Positions 7,804-17,151 of a stretch of 64,000 nt of DNA are shown in pieces; the stretch's first letter is position 1; every line of letters begins with the position of its first letter. The stretch comes from an uncultured Rhodospirillales bacterium (GTDB lineage: Bacteria > Pseudomonadota > Alphaproteobacteria > Acetobacterales > Acetobacteraceae), in NCBI GenBank assembly GCA_903893975.1, contig CAITOL010000064.1, positions 2,001 through 66,000 on the forward strand, read 5' to 3'. The position numbers and the translations under genes were made by a program. The notes under the pieces were generated by a model. The model saw only the letters and a program-made list of their open reading frames with translations. It did not search any database and was not told where the DNA came from.

Positions 7804-9360
7804 TCAGCCCAGCCGCAAACCGTAATACAGCGGGAAGCCACGCACCACATCCAACACCCGCCGGTTCAGCGCCGAGGCGCCGAAGCGTTGGCCGAGCGGG
7901 ATATACGGCACGTCCAGCCAGAATTGCCGCTGGATTTCGGCGCAGATCGCCGCTTGCTCGGCGACATCCTGGGTATCGAACCAGGCGCTGCGCAAATCCT
8001 CCAGCTTCGGGCTGGTCGGCCACCCCGCCCACGCTTTCAACCCGTTGGCGCGGATGCCGAGATGGGCGGCCGGGTCCATGGTGCCGGACCCGTTCAGCGA
8101 GGTGAACACCACATTCCACCCGCCTTGCGCCGGCGGCACATCCTTGGCACGGCGCTGGATCAGCGTGCCCCAATCCATCGTCTGCACATCCACATTCAGG
8201 CCGATGCGCGTCATCACATCGGCGGCCAGCAGGGCGATGGCGTTCAGTTCCTGCATATCCGCCGCCGTCAGCAGCACGATTTTTTCGCCTTTGTAGCCCG
8301 CCGCCAGCAGGTCGGCCCGCGCCTGGGCGAAATCCCGCTTGCCGGTCAGCCGCTCCATCCCCACCGCGCTGGCCATCGGGCTGCCCGGCGTGAACACCCC
8401 CACCTCCGCGCGCCAGAAGCTGCGATCTTCCCCAGCCGCGGCGGTCATGAACTCGCTTTGGTCGATCACCCCCAGCAACGCGCGCCGAATGCCGGGATTG
8501 TCGAACGGCGGGTAGAGGTGATTGAAGCGCAGCACGGCAATCCCGCCCATCGGGTCGAGCATCTCCACCCGCAGCCGCGCGGACTGGCGCAGGCTGGGCA
8601 CCAGATCGGCCGGCGGCGCCCACCAATCCGCCTCCCCCGCCAGCATCGCGGCGGCCGCGGTGCTGCTATCGGGGATCACGGTCCATTCGACACGATCGAC
8701 ATTGACCCGCTTGGGCCCGGCGGTGAAGCTCGGCTGGCCGCCCTCGCGCGGCTGGTAGCCGTCAAACCTGGCATAGGCGACGCGGGAGCCAGCGACGCGC
8801 TGATCCGGCAAAAACCGAAACGGGCCGCTGCCGATCACCTCACTCACCTGTTTGGCTGATGAGGTCACGGCGAGGCGCTCCGGCATAATCTGCGCCGAAT
8901 TGGCCAGCGCCCGGGCCACCGGAAAGCGCTTCTTCATCCGCAGGCGCACGGTGCTGTCGCTCGGCGCGCTCACCTCGTCAGCGGTGGCGATCAACACCTG
9001 GCCGAAACTGTCGCGCTCCGCCCAACGGCGAATGCTGGCCACCACGTCGCGCCCACGCACCGGCTCTCCATCATGAAACCGCAGCCCCGGGCGCAAGGTC
9101 AGGGTCCAATCGGTCTCCCCCGCCACCGTATGCCCGGCAAGCATCTGTGGCTGCACATTAAAGCCCTCATCCTGGCCATACAGCGTGTCGTAGACCATGA
9201 AGGCATGGTTGCGGGTGATGTTCGCGGTGGTCCAAACCGGGTCCAGCACCGCAAGATCGGCTTCCGGGATCACCCGCAGCACCCGGCTGGCTTCCGCCCG
9301 GACGATCGCCGGGGCGGCCAGGCTGGCCGCGGCGACTTGCAGCAAATGGCGACGATGCAT
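7804..9360 (-). CDS. ABC transporter substrate-binding protein, family 5 (peptide/nickel/opine type)
   Basis: Track ORF 7804..9429 trimmed to ATG 9360. That start gives a Tat-like leader (MHRRHLLQVAAASLAAPAIVRA). The body is typical of family 5 (WTLTLRPGLRFHDGEPV, DRVEWTVIPDSSTAAAAMLAGEADW). Confidence 0.8.
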   Translation of the reverse strand: MHRRHLLQVAAASLAAPAIVRAEASRVLRVIPEADLAVLDPVWTTANITRNHAFMVYDTLYGQDEGFNVQPQMLAGHTVAGETDWTLTLRPGLRFHDGEPVRGRDVVASIRRWAERDSFGQVLIATADEVSAPSDSTVRLRMKKRFPVARALANSAQIMPERLAVTSSAKQVSEVIGSGPFRFLPDQRVAGSRVAYARFDGYQPREGGQPSFTAGPKRVNVDRVEWTVIPDSSTAAAAMLAGEADWWAPPADLVPSLRQSARLRVEMLDPMGGIAVLRFNHLYPPFDNPGIRRALLGVIDQSEFMTAAAGEDRSFWRAEVGVFTPGSPMASAVGMERLTGKRDFAQARADLLAAGYKGEKIVLLTAADMQELNAIALLAADVMTRIGLNVDVQTMDWGTLIQRRAKDVPPAQGGWNVVFTSLNGSGTMDPAAHLGIRANGLKAWAGWPTSPKLEDLRSAWFDTQDVAEQAAICAEIQRQFWLDVPYIPLGQRFGASALNRRVLDVVRGFPLYYGLRLG

Positions 9361-9441
9361 GGCGGCCCCCTTGGTGGCGTGTCCGCCAGCATGGCGCCGG
9401 CTGGGCCGCTTTGCCAAGCGCACCCGCACCGGGCCGCGCGC

Positions 9442-11190
9442 CTACCCCCCCAGCTTCGCCAGCATCTCCGCATATTCCTTCACCACCAGATGCCGCTTGA
9501 TCTTCTGCGTCGCGGTCATCAGCCCGTTATCGATGGTGAACGGCGCCACAATCGCATGCCGGCGGATGCGCTCGGTCACCGATAGCCGCTTATTGACCGC
9601 GCTGACGACACTGGCCACCGCCGCCGCATCGAAGCCTTCCGCCGGCACCAGCAACGCGGTCAGGCCGGGTTTGCCATCGCCTAACACCACCGCCTGGGCA
9701 ATCGGCTCCTCGGCAATCAACATCCCCTCGATCCGCGCGGGGGAGATATTATCCCCGCCGGACAGCACGATCATATCCTTCTTGCGGTCGGTGATGCGCA
9801 GATTGCCCTCCGCATCCAACTCGCCAATATCGCCGGTATGCAGCCAGCCGGCGCGGATCACGGCGGCGGTTTCGTCCGGCCGGCCCCAATACCCGTCCAT
9901 CACCAGCGCCCCGCGCACCAGAATTTCCCCGTCGCTGGCAATGCGCAGATCCACCCCTTGCAGCGGCGGGCCAACGGTGTCGATGCGCACCTTGGTCGGA
10001 ATATTGGCGGAGATCACCGGCCCGGCCTCGGTTTGCCCGTAGCCCTGAATGACCAGCATCCCCAGCCCCTGGTAGAAGCGGCCAATCTCTGGCTCCAGCC
10101 GCGCCCCGCCGGAAATGGTCACCCGCAGCCGGCCGCCGAACCGCGCCCGCAGCTTGCGGCGCACCAACCGCTCCAGCAGCGGGTCGAGCAGCACCTCCCA
10201 CGCCGCCCGGCGGATGCCGTCCGCCCGCTTCACCCCTACTTTAATCGCCGTGTTGAACAGCCAGCGCTTCCAACCCGGCTCGCGCGCCATCTGCTGCAAC
10301 ACCCGGGCGCGGATCACCTCCAGCACCCGTGGCACCATGGTCATAATCGTCGGGCGGATATGCGCCATATCCGCCGCCAGGGTTTCCACCCCGCGCGCGT
10401 AGACGATCTCCGCCCCCAGGCTGAGCATGAAAAACTGCCCGGCCGTGTGTTCATACGCATGCGACAGCGGCAGGAACGACAGGTAAATCTCGTCCTGCAA
10501 GCCGATCATCTTCAGCAGCCGGAACGCCCCGGCGCAGTTGGACAGAATGGCGCGATGCGGCAGCATCACCCCGCGCGGCGCCCCGCCAGTGCCCGAGGTG
10601 TAAATCAGGCAGGCCAAAGCCGTGCCGGGGATCAGCGCGGCTTCGGCGGCAATATCGTCGTAACCGGTGGCATCATCGGCCAGTCGCTCGAAATGCGCCG
10701 TCACCACCCCGCCGATATTGAACCGGTCGAGCCCGATCAGCAGGTCCAACGGCCCGGCGGGCACCACGCGCTGGGCCAGTTCGGCGGTAGAAACCACCGC
10801 CACGCGTGCGCCGGAATCGCGCAGCACATGTGCGAAATCCGCCGTGGTGTAGGTGGTATAGGTCGGCACCGGCACCGCGCGGATCGCCATCAGCGCGGTT
10901 TCCATAATCGGGTATTCCGGCCGGTTTTCCGATACGATCATGACCCGGTCCCCGGCGGAAACCCCGGCCGCACGCAGCCTACGGGCGACGGAGGCGGTCT
11001 GGCGGGCAAATTCCCCCCAACCCATCGACACCCATTGCTCGCCCCGATAGGCCCGCAACATCGGCCGATCCGGCCAGTGCCGCGCGCAACCGAACATCAT
11101 CGCGGCCAGGTTTGGCCAATCCGGATAGCGATCCACCGCGTCGTTTCCTTCCCAGCGCCAATGCGGCGCCCTTTGCCAACTATCCGGCAT
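9442..11190 (-). CDS. long-chain acyl-CoA synthetase (AMP-forming adenylating enzyme)
   Basis: AMP-binding motifs are present: LIYTSGTGGAPRGVMLPH, QGYGQTEAGPV, WLHTGDIGELDAEGNLRITDRKKDMIVLSGGDNISP, TATQKIKR. Confidence 0.85.
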   Translation of the reverse strand: MPDSWQRAPHWRWEGNDAVDRYPDWPNLAAMMFGCARHWPDRPMLRAYRGEQWVSMGWGEFARQTASVARRLRAAGVSAGDRVMIVSENRPEYPIMETALMAIRAVPVPTYTTYTTADFAHVLRDSGARVAVVSTAELAQRVVPAGPLDLLIGLDRFNIGGVVTAHFERLADDATGYDDIAAEAALIPGTALACLIYTSGTGGAPRGVMLPHRAILSNCAGAFRLLKMIGLQDEIYLSFLPLSHAYEHTAGQFFMLSLGAEIVYARGVETLAADMAHIRPTIMTMVPRVLEVIRARVLQQMAREPGWKRWLFNTAIKVGVKRADGIRRAAWEVLLDPLLERLVRRKLRARFGGRLRVTISGGARLEPEIGRFYQGLGMLVIQGYGQTEAGPVISANIPTKVRIDTVGPPLQGVDLRIASDGEILVRGALVMDGYWGRPDETAAVIRAGWLHTGDIGELDAEGNLRITDRKKDMIVLSGGDNISPARIEGMLIAEEPIAQAVVLGDGKPGLTALLVPAEGFDAAAVASVVSAVNKRLSVTERIRRHAIVAPFTIDNGLMTATQKIKRHLVVKEYAEMLAKLGG

Positions 11191-11235
11191 AACCTACATG
11201 AGGGAGCACAACCCGCAACACAGGACCCTCGCCCT

Positions 11236-13011
11236 ATGCCCGACGGACAGGCTGCGTCACTCCCGACCTGGGATCTCCGAGACCTCTACCCCGCGCCGGA
11301 CAGCCCGCACCTGATCGCCGATCTGGATCGGACGGAGGCAGACGCAAAGGCTTTTGCCGCCCGCTATGCCGGCCACCTCGCCAGCCTGGACGGGGCAGCG
11401 CTGGCGGCGGCGATTGAGGGGCTGGAGCGGATCGAGGAGGTGATGGGCCGGGTGATGTCCTACGCCCAGTTGCTGTTCTCCGCCGACTCGACCGACGCCA
11501 CCCGCGGCCAGTTCTACCAATCCATGCAGGAGCGGGTGACCGCGATTTCCGGCCATCTGATCTTCTTCAGCCTGGAGCTGAACCGGATGGACGACGCGGT
11601 GCTGGACCGCAAGCTGGCCGCCCCGGCCCTGCAACGCTGGCAGCCCTGGCTGCGCGACCTGCGGGTTTTCCGCCCGCATCAGTTGGACGACCAGCTGGAA
11701 AAACTGCTGCACGAGAAGGAAGTCACCGGCCGCAGCGCCTGGAGCCGCCTGTTCGACGAAACCATCGCCGGCCTGGTGGTGCCGCTAAATGGCGAAGACC
11801 TGACCGTCTCCGCCGTGCTGAACAAACTTTCCGACACCGACCGTTCGGTGCGCGAAGCCGCGGCCCGCGCCATCGGTGACGTATTCGCCAAAAACCAGCG
11901 CCTGTTCGCGCTCATCACCAACACGCTGGCCAAGGATAAGGAGATTATCGACACCTGGCGCCACTTCCCCCGCCCGGCCAGCGCGCGCAATCGCGGCAAT
12001 ATGGTGGAAGATGCGGTGGTCGATGCGCTGGTCTCCGCCGTGGTGGCGGATTTCCCGCGCCTGTCGCATCGCTATTACGCCATGAAGGCGAAATGGCTCG
12101 GGCTGGAAAAATTGCAGCATTGGGACCGCAACGCTCCGCTCCCCGGCGATGACGACCGCGAAATCGCCTGGCCGGATGCGCGGCGGCGGGTGCTGGACGC
12201 CTATGCGGCGTTTTCCCCAACCCTGGCGGAAATCGGCCAACGCTTTTTCGACAATCCCTGGATCGACGTGCCCCCCCGCCCCGGCAAATCCGGCGGCGCC
12301 TTCGCCCACCCCACCGTGCCGTCCGCGCACCCGTATCTGCTGCTGAACTATCACGGCAAAACCCGCGACGTGATGACCCTGGCGCATGAACTGGGCCACG
12401 GCGTGCACCAGGTGCTGGCCGGGGCGCAGGGCTACTTCATGTCCTCCACCCCGCTCACTCTGGCCGAAACCGCCAGCGTGTTCGGGGAAATGCTCACCTT
12501 CCGCGCCACCCTGGATGCCGAAACCGACCCCGCCCGCCGCCGCATCATGCTGGCCGGCAAGGTGGAGGATATGCTGAACACCGTGGTGCGGCAGATCGCC
12601 TTCTACCGCTTCGAAACCCTGCTGCACGACGAACGCCGCAAGGGCGAGCTATTGCCGGAACGGATCGGCGAACTCTGGATGCAGGTGCAGACCGAAAGCC
12701 TCGGCCCGGCCTTCGAATTCACCCCGGACTACCAGATTTTCTGGGCCTATGTGCCGCATTTCATCCATTCCCCGTTCTATGTCTACGCCTATGCGTTCGG
12801 GGATTGCCTGGTGAATGCGCTCTATTCGGTCTACCAGTCCGGCCATCCCGGCTTCGCCGACAAATATCTCGCCATGCTGAAGGCCGGCGGCACGTTGCGG
12901 CATCAGGAATTGCTGGCGCCGTTTGGGCTTGATGCGTCAGACCCCGGCTTCTGGCGGCGCGGCCTCGACATCATCGCCGGCTTCATCGATGAGCTGGAGG
13001 CCATGTCCTGA
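11236..13011 (+). CDS. pepF: oligoendopeptidase F family (M3B) metallopeptidase
   Basis: The real gene is the 3' part of track ORF 9838..13011, starting at ATG 11236 (MPDGQAASLPTWDLRDLYP). It has the HELGHGVH zinc motif. The upstream 466 codons of the track ORF are antisense to the acyl-CoA synthetase. Confidence 0.85.
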   Translation: MPDGQAASLPTWDLRDLYPAPDSPHLIADLDRTEADAKAFAARYAGHLASLDGAALAAAIEGLERIEEVMGRVMSYAQLLFSADSTDATRGQFYQSMQERVTAISGHLIFFSLELNRMDDAVLDRKLAAPALQRWQPWLRDLRVFRPHQLDDQLEKLLHEKEVTGRSAWSRLFDETIAGLVVPLNGEDLTVSAVLNKLSDTDRSVREAAARAIGDVFAKNQRLFALITNTLAKDKEIIDTWRHFPRPASARNRGNMVEDAVVDALVSAVVADFPRLSHRYYAMKAKWLGLEKLQHWDRNAPLPGDDDREIAWPDARRRVLDAYAAFSPTLAEIGQRFFDNPWIDVPPRPGKSGGAFAHPTVPSAHPYLLLNYHGKTRDVMTLAHELGHGVHQVLAGAQGYFMSSTPLTLAETASVFGEMLTFRATLDAETDPARRRIMLAGKVEDMLNTVVRQIAFYRFETLLHDERRKGELLPERIGELWMQVQTESLGPAFEFTPDYQIFWAYVPHFIHSPFYVYAYAFGDCLVNALYSVYQSGHPGFADKYLAMLKAGGTLRHQELLAPFGLDASDPGFWRRGLDIIAGFIDELEAMS

Positions 13012-14363
13012 TGGCCGATCGCGAGGAGCGCGGCAATCTGCTCGGGGAAGCGTGGCGCTTTGCCCGCACCTCCGGCGCCGTCGGCGGCATTGCCGCCCGG
13101 GTGTTGGGCGAGCGGATCGGCATTAAAACCAACCGCGCCGGCCATGCGGAGGATCTGAAAACCATCCTCGGCGGCCTGAAAGGCCCGTTGATGAAGGTGG
13201 CGCAGTTTCTGTCCACCGTTCCCGATGCGCTGCCGCCGGAATATGCCGACGAACTGGCGCAATTACAGGCCAACGCACCACCCATGGGCGCGGGCTTCGT
13301 ACGCCGGCGCATGCAGGGCGAATTAGGGCCAGACTGGCAGAAGCGGTTTGCCAGCTTTTCCCAAACCGCCGCCGCCGCCGCCTCCCTCGGCCAGGTGCAT
13401 CGCGCCACCCTGCCCGATGGGCGCGACGTCGCCTGCAAGCTGCAATACCCGGACATGGCCAGCACGGTGGATGCCGATCTGCGCCAGTTGAAGCTGGCCA
13501 TGGCAGTCTATCACCGCATGGACGGCGCCATTCAGCACGACGATGTTTATGTCGAACTCGCCGAACGCCTGCGTGAAGAACTGGATTACACCAGGGAAGC
13601 CGCGCATATGCGGCTCTACGGCGCCGTGCTGGCCAACACGCCGGATGTCCACGTGCCAACGCCCATCCCGGAACTGTCCACCAAGCGGCTGCTGACCATG
13701 ACCTGGCTGGAAGGCCGGTCGCTGGCGCAACGGCTGGAAGAAAACCCGCCGCAGGAAGAACGCAACCGCATTGCCGAGGCCTTGTTCCGCGCCTGGTATG
13801 TGCCGTTCTACCACTACGGCATCATCCACGGCGATCCGCATCTGGGCAATTATCAGGTGCGGCCGGATGGCAGCATCAACCTGCTGGATTTCGGCGTGGT
13901 GCGCGTCTTCCCGCCCAAATTCGTGCGCGGGGTGTTGGAACTCTACGCCGCCGTGCGCGATGATGACGCCGACAAAGCCCGCCAGGCTTACGTCACCTGG
14001 GGCTTCACCAATCTCAGCGATGCGCAGATCGAGGTGCTCGGCGAATGGGCCGCCTTCCTGCACGAACCGCTGCTGGATGACCGGGTGCGCCGCATCAACG
14101 AGACCGATGATCCCCGCTTCGGCCAGAAAGTCGCCGCCCGCGTGCATGAAGGGTTGAAACGCACCGGCGGCGTGCGGCCGCCGCGCGAATTCGTGCTGAT
14201 GGATCGCAGCGCCGTCGGCCTCGGCAGCGTGTTCCACCGCCTGGGCGCGGAACTGAACTGGTCGCGCCTGTTCCGCGAACTGATCGAAGGCTTCGACGAA
14301 GACGCCCTCGCCGCCCGGCAAGCCGCAGCCCTGGCGGCAGCCGGAGTGCCGGAGCCGGCATAG
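13011..14363 (+). CDS. ABC1/UbiB (AarF) atypical protein-kinase family protein
   Basis: Family motifs: GPLMKVAQFLSTVPDALPPEYADELAQLQANAPPM, ASLGQVHRA, IIHGDPHLGNY, INLLDFG. The ATG overlaps the pepF stop by 1 nt (TGATG). Confidence 0.85.
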   Translation: MADREERGNLLGEAWRFARTSGAVGGIAARVLGERIGIKTNRAGHAEDLKTILGGLKGPLMKVAQFLSTVPDALPPEYADELAQLQANAPPMGAGFVRRRMQGELGPDWQKRFASFSQTAAAAASLGQVHRATLPDGRDVACKLQYPDMASTVDADLRQLKLAMAVYHRMDGAIQHDDVYVELAERLREELDYTREAAHMRLYGAVLANTPDVHVPTPIPELSTKRLLTMTWLEGRSLAQRLEENPPQEERNRIAEALFRAWYVPFYHYGIIHGDPHLGNYQVRPDGSINLLDFGVVRVFPPKFVRGVLELYAAVRDDDADKARQAYVTWGFTNLSDAQIEVLGEWAAFLHEPLLDDRVRRINETDDPRFGQKVAARVHEGLKRTGGVRPPREFVLMDRSAVGLGSVFHRLGAELNWSRLFRELIEGFDEDALAARQAAALAAAGVPEPA

Positions 14364-14389
14364 CCGACCAAAATTGCCGTGGCGCCGCT

Positions 14390-14749
14390 TTAGTCCAGCC
14401 GGAAATCCCACCTTCCGGACGCGGTTTCCACGGTAATTTCATGCCCCGGGCAGCCGACGCCGAAAATATCCACCTTCACCCAGCGATTGGTGCCGAGTTC
14501 AAACGGTGGCTTGGTCGCCAACACGCCTTCGGTGCCCATCAATGCCGCGCTCATCGCCGCACAGCGGCCACGATCGACGGTAATGCTGCGGATATCGACC
14601 TTGGCGACTTTGGGGGTGATGCGGATCACTTCCCCAAAGCCTTCATTGCGGGTTTTGCTGGCAGTGATCGGGGCGAAGGATTGCGCGGCCGCCACGCTGG
14701 CGAACGCCAAGGTGGCGGCCACCAGCGCGACCATCCGCCGCCCGGTCAT
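14390..14749 (-). CDS. small exported hypothetical protein (119 aa)
   Basis: It has a signal peptide (MTGRRMVALVAATLAFASVAAAQS). Its start overlaps the RidA stop by 4 nt. I recognise no family. Confidence 0.55.
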   Translation of the reverse strand: MTGRRMVALVAATLAFASVAAAQSFAPITASKTRNEGFGEVIRITPKVAKVDIRSITVDRGRCAAMSAALMGTEGVLATKPPFELGTNRWVKVDIFGVGCPGHEITVETASGRWDFRLD

Positions 14750-15207
14750 GCGCGAATGGCCAGAATGGCTTCAACCTCAACCGAGATATGGCCCGGCAGG
14801 CTGCCCATGCCCACCGCACTGCGCGCCGGACGGCCGGCCTCGCCGAACACCTCGACAAACAGATCGGTGCAGCCATTGATCACCGCCGGATGCTCGGCAA
14901 AATCCGGCACCGCGTAAACCATGCCAAGCACTTTCAGCACCCCGTCCACCCGGTCGAGCGAGCCAAGCGCCGCGCGGGTGTTGGATAGCAGGTTGAGGCC
15001 GCAGAGCCGGGCGGCCTGATACGCCTCCGCCTTCGTCACCTTGTCCCCCACCCGGCCGGTGGTGCTGGTGCCGTCCGCATGGCGCGGACCGACGCCGGAC
15101 AGAAACAGCAAGCCGCCACCGATGCGGAATGGCACGTAATTGCCGCCGGGCTTGGGCGGCGGCGGCAGGATCAGGCCAAGGGCTGCGAGACGGGCTTCGG
15201 CGCTCAT
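14746..15207 (-). CDS. RidA/YjgF/L-PSP family protein
   Basis: LLFLSGVGPR..., VLKVLGMVYAVPDF, ARSAVGMGSLPGHISVEVEAI are typical of the RidA fold. The start overlaps the upstream gene's stop by 4 nt. Confidence 0.85.
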   Translation of the reverse strand: MSAEARLAALGLILPPPPKPGGNYVPFRIGGGLLFLSGVGPRHADGTSTTGRVGDKVTKAEAYQAARLCGLNLLSNTRAALGSLDRVDGVLKVLGMVYAVPDFAEHPAVINGCTDLFVEVFGEAGRPARSAVGMGSLPGHISVEVEAILAIRA

Positions 15208-16031
15208 GCTTTGCTCTCCGGACGGCGGTAAAATTCAGCCAGGGTGGCAACGGGCGCGCCACCTTCAGCCAGGGCTTCATACAGGCGCGCGGCGCCCTGA
15301 TAGATCGGCGCTGCCGGCAAACCAGCCAGGAAGGCGGAAATCTCCTCCATCTCCGCCACCCAGCGATACGCTTTGGGAAACATATCGGGCACGCTGCGTT
15401 GCAGGGCGCGCAGCACGTCGGGCTGGCTGGCGGCCAGCTCATCCCGCAATGCCGCCGCCACACCCGCCCGCGCCGCCCCCAGCGCCATGGCGCTGCCGAG
15501 CGCGGTGATGCCCTTGGTGATGCCAGCATAGCTGAGCTTGAGCGCGGACGCCGCCCCAACATCCCCGTCGATCACCCGCAGATCGATGCCGTGCTGCTGC
15601 AACACAGCCAGATCCGCCGCCGCCGCGCCCGACGCATACAGCCGCGGCCCCTGATCCTGCCCACGCGGCGGGCCGCCGATGATGCCGATATCCACGAAAC
15701 GTAGCCCCGGCAATGTGGCGGCAATCGCCTGCACACTGGCGGGGCTGACCGCATTGCAATCGGCATACAGCACCGCCTGCCCGCGCGGCCGCAACACCGG
15801 GGCCAACCGTTGCGCCAGCGCCAACGCGTCACCCGGTGGCAGGATGGACAGCACCACATCGGCCCAGCCGGCCAACGCGGCCTCGGTCGGCAAGGTCATC
15901 AGCCCGGCGGCCCGCGCGGCGCTCGCCGCCGACCGGCCTTCCAATGTAATGGCCACCTCCGCACGGCACGCGTGCAGCCGCTGGGCCACCGCCGCCCCCA
16001 TCATTCCAGGTGCAATCACGGCAATGCGCAT
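15204..16031 (-). CDS. NAD(P)-binding oxidoreductase, 6PGDH-like N-domain plus DUF1932-type C-domain
   Basis: Track ORF 15204..16151 trimmed to ATG 16031 (MRIAVIAPGMMGAAVAQRL, a Rossmann GxGxxG-like motif). The C-terminal KLSYAGITKG...AYRWVAEMEEI resembles DUF1932. Confidence 0.75.
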   Translation of the reverse strand: MRIAVIAPGMMGAAVAQRLHACRAEVAITLEGRSAASAARAAGLMTLPTEAALAGWADVVLSILPPGDALALAQRLAPVLRPRGQAVLYADCNAVSPASVQAIAATLPGLRFVDIGIIGGPPRGQDQGPRLYASGAAAADLAVLQQHGIDLRVIDGDVGAASALKLSYAGITKGITALGSAMALGAARAGVAAALRDELAASQPDVLRALQRSVPDMFPKAYRWVAEMEEISAFLAGLPAAPIYQGAARLYEALAEGGAPVATLAEFYRRPESKA

Positions 16032-16044
16032 AAACCGGTTCCGA

Positions 16045-17055
16045 TCAGAACTTAGCCGAAAGCGCGAGCGAGCCGAGCTGGTGCAGCCCGCCTTTCTGGC
16101 GCTGGAATTGTTGCGTTTGCACGATATGGGTGTAGCTGAGGCGCATGCCATAGCCCATCACCGCAAAGCCCGCCTGCGCCTCCCCCAGCCACGGCTTGTG
16201 CGCGACCGACGGCCCGGCGCCGATGTCACTGCCATCGAGCGTGATATCGCGCGCCACCGCTTGCCCGTCGGCGCCGAGGAACACATACCAAGCGAAATCC
16301 GCCGGCAAATACGCGTCCCCGCCGGACATGCCCGGCAACACCCGCGCCACACCGAAATCCGTATTCAGCCCCTGCCCCAGCCGGAAGGTCAGCCCCCCCT
16401 GGCCGTAGAGCCGCAGATTGCCGAAGCCGACGGTCAGGTTGGGCAGCGCATCCGTCTCCCACTGGCCGACCTGCCCGAGCGGCAAGCGCCAGGTGCGGCT
16501 GCCGGTGAGTTCGGCCAGCGGCTCATTGGCAATCTGATGCGGCCAGCCCATGTTATGGCCTTGGCCGATGATATCGTGAAACCCGTTCTGCACCGGCCCG
16601 CCAAGGGCTGCCGGGCCGATCACACCCAGGCCCAAAACCACCTGGTTGCGCACATTCGCACTGTCCTGCACCAGGCCGAGGCTGCCCATCAGCACCGCAG
16701 CATAGGGCCGATCCGTTGGCGGTGGAATGCGCAACTGCGTGGCGACGGGGGTATAGATCTGTTGCAACAGCCCAAAGGTCAGCCGTTGCTGGCCATCGCC
16801 GAACACGCTCTGCCCCAGGCTCTGCACGCGCGCCGGCACATCCCCGGTGGGTGAGGTCCAGCCCAGGCGCAATCCGTTGGTATACAGCCGGTCGGTAATC
16901 GCCCCGGTGCTGATGGCCGCGTTTTCCCATTGCGCCGTCCAGATCGCCGACGGATCAACCGTCGCCGTTTGCGCCACCGCAACGGCGCCCAGGCCGAGCG
17001 TGCCCGCCGCCAGAGCCAGCAGCGCCGTTTTGGAAAACCGATTCGAACCAGCCAT
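16045..17055 (-). CDS. outer-membrane protein, LpxR (lipid A 3-O-deacylase)/DUF2219-like
   Basis: Signal peptide: SNRFSKTALLALAAGTLGLGAVAVAQT. WENAAISTG..TDRLYTNGLRLGWTSP resembles the LpxR family N-terminus. The C-terminal residue is aromatic (SAKF). The start could be 17055 or 17067. Confidence 0.6.
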   Translation of the reverse strand: MAGSNRFSKTALLALAAGTLGLGAVAVAQTATVDPSAIWTAQWENAAISTGAITDRLYTNGLRLGWTSPTGDVPARVQSLGQSVFGDGQQRLTFGLLQQIYTPVATQLRIPPPTDRPYAAVLMGSLGLVQDSANVRNQVVLGLGVIGPAALGGPVQNGFHDIIGQGHNMGWPHQIANEPLAELTGSRTWRLPLGQVGQWETDALPNLTVGFGNLRLYGQGGLTFRLGQGLNTDFGVARVLPGMSGGDAYLPADFAWYVFLGADGQAVARDITLDGSDIGAGPSVAHKPWLGEAQAGFAVMGYGMRLSYTHIVQTQQFQRQKGGLHQLGSLALSAKF

Positions 17056-17151
17056 ACACCATCTCAATCTCGCCAGACCCGATACGCTAGCAGCCGGTTT
17101 CGTGTCGTGTCATCTGCAATGCGGAACAGGGGGAATGCAGCGCACGTGGGA

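Noticed and set aside
9838-11235. N-terminal 466 codons of the 1057-aa plus-strand track ORF, which would make a giant PepF.
   Set aside because: This part is antisense to the acyl-CoA synthetase and is low-complexity. M3B peptidases are about 600 aa. A good ATG at 11236 gives the expected N-terminus, 45 nt from the divergent gene.
14403-14412. 10-nt identity (AATCCCACCT) to the 3' end of the tRNA-Ser, considered as a possible attachment-site repeat.
   Set aside because: It lies upstream of the tRNA 5' end rather than downstream, so the geometry is wrong for a 3'-end integration. It sits inside a coding region, the match is short, and there is no integrase. Chance similarity is the better explanation.
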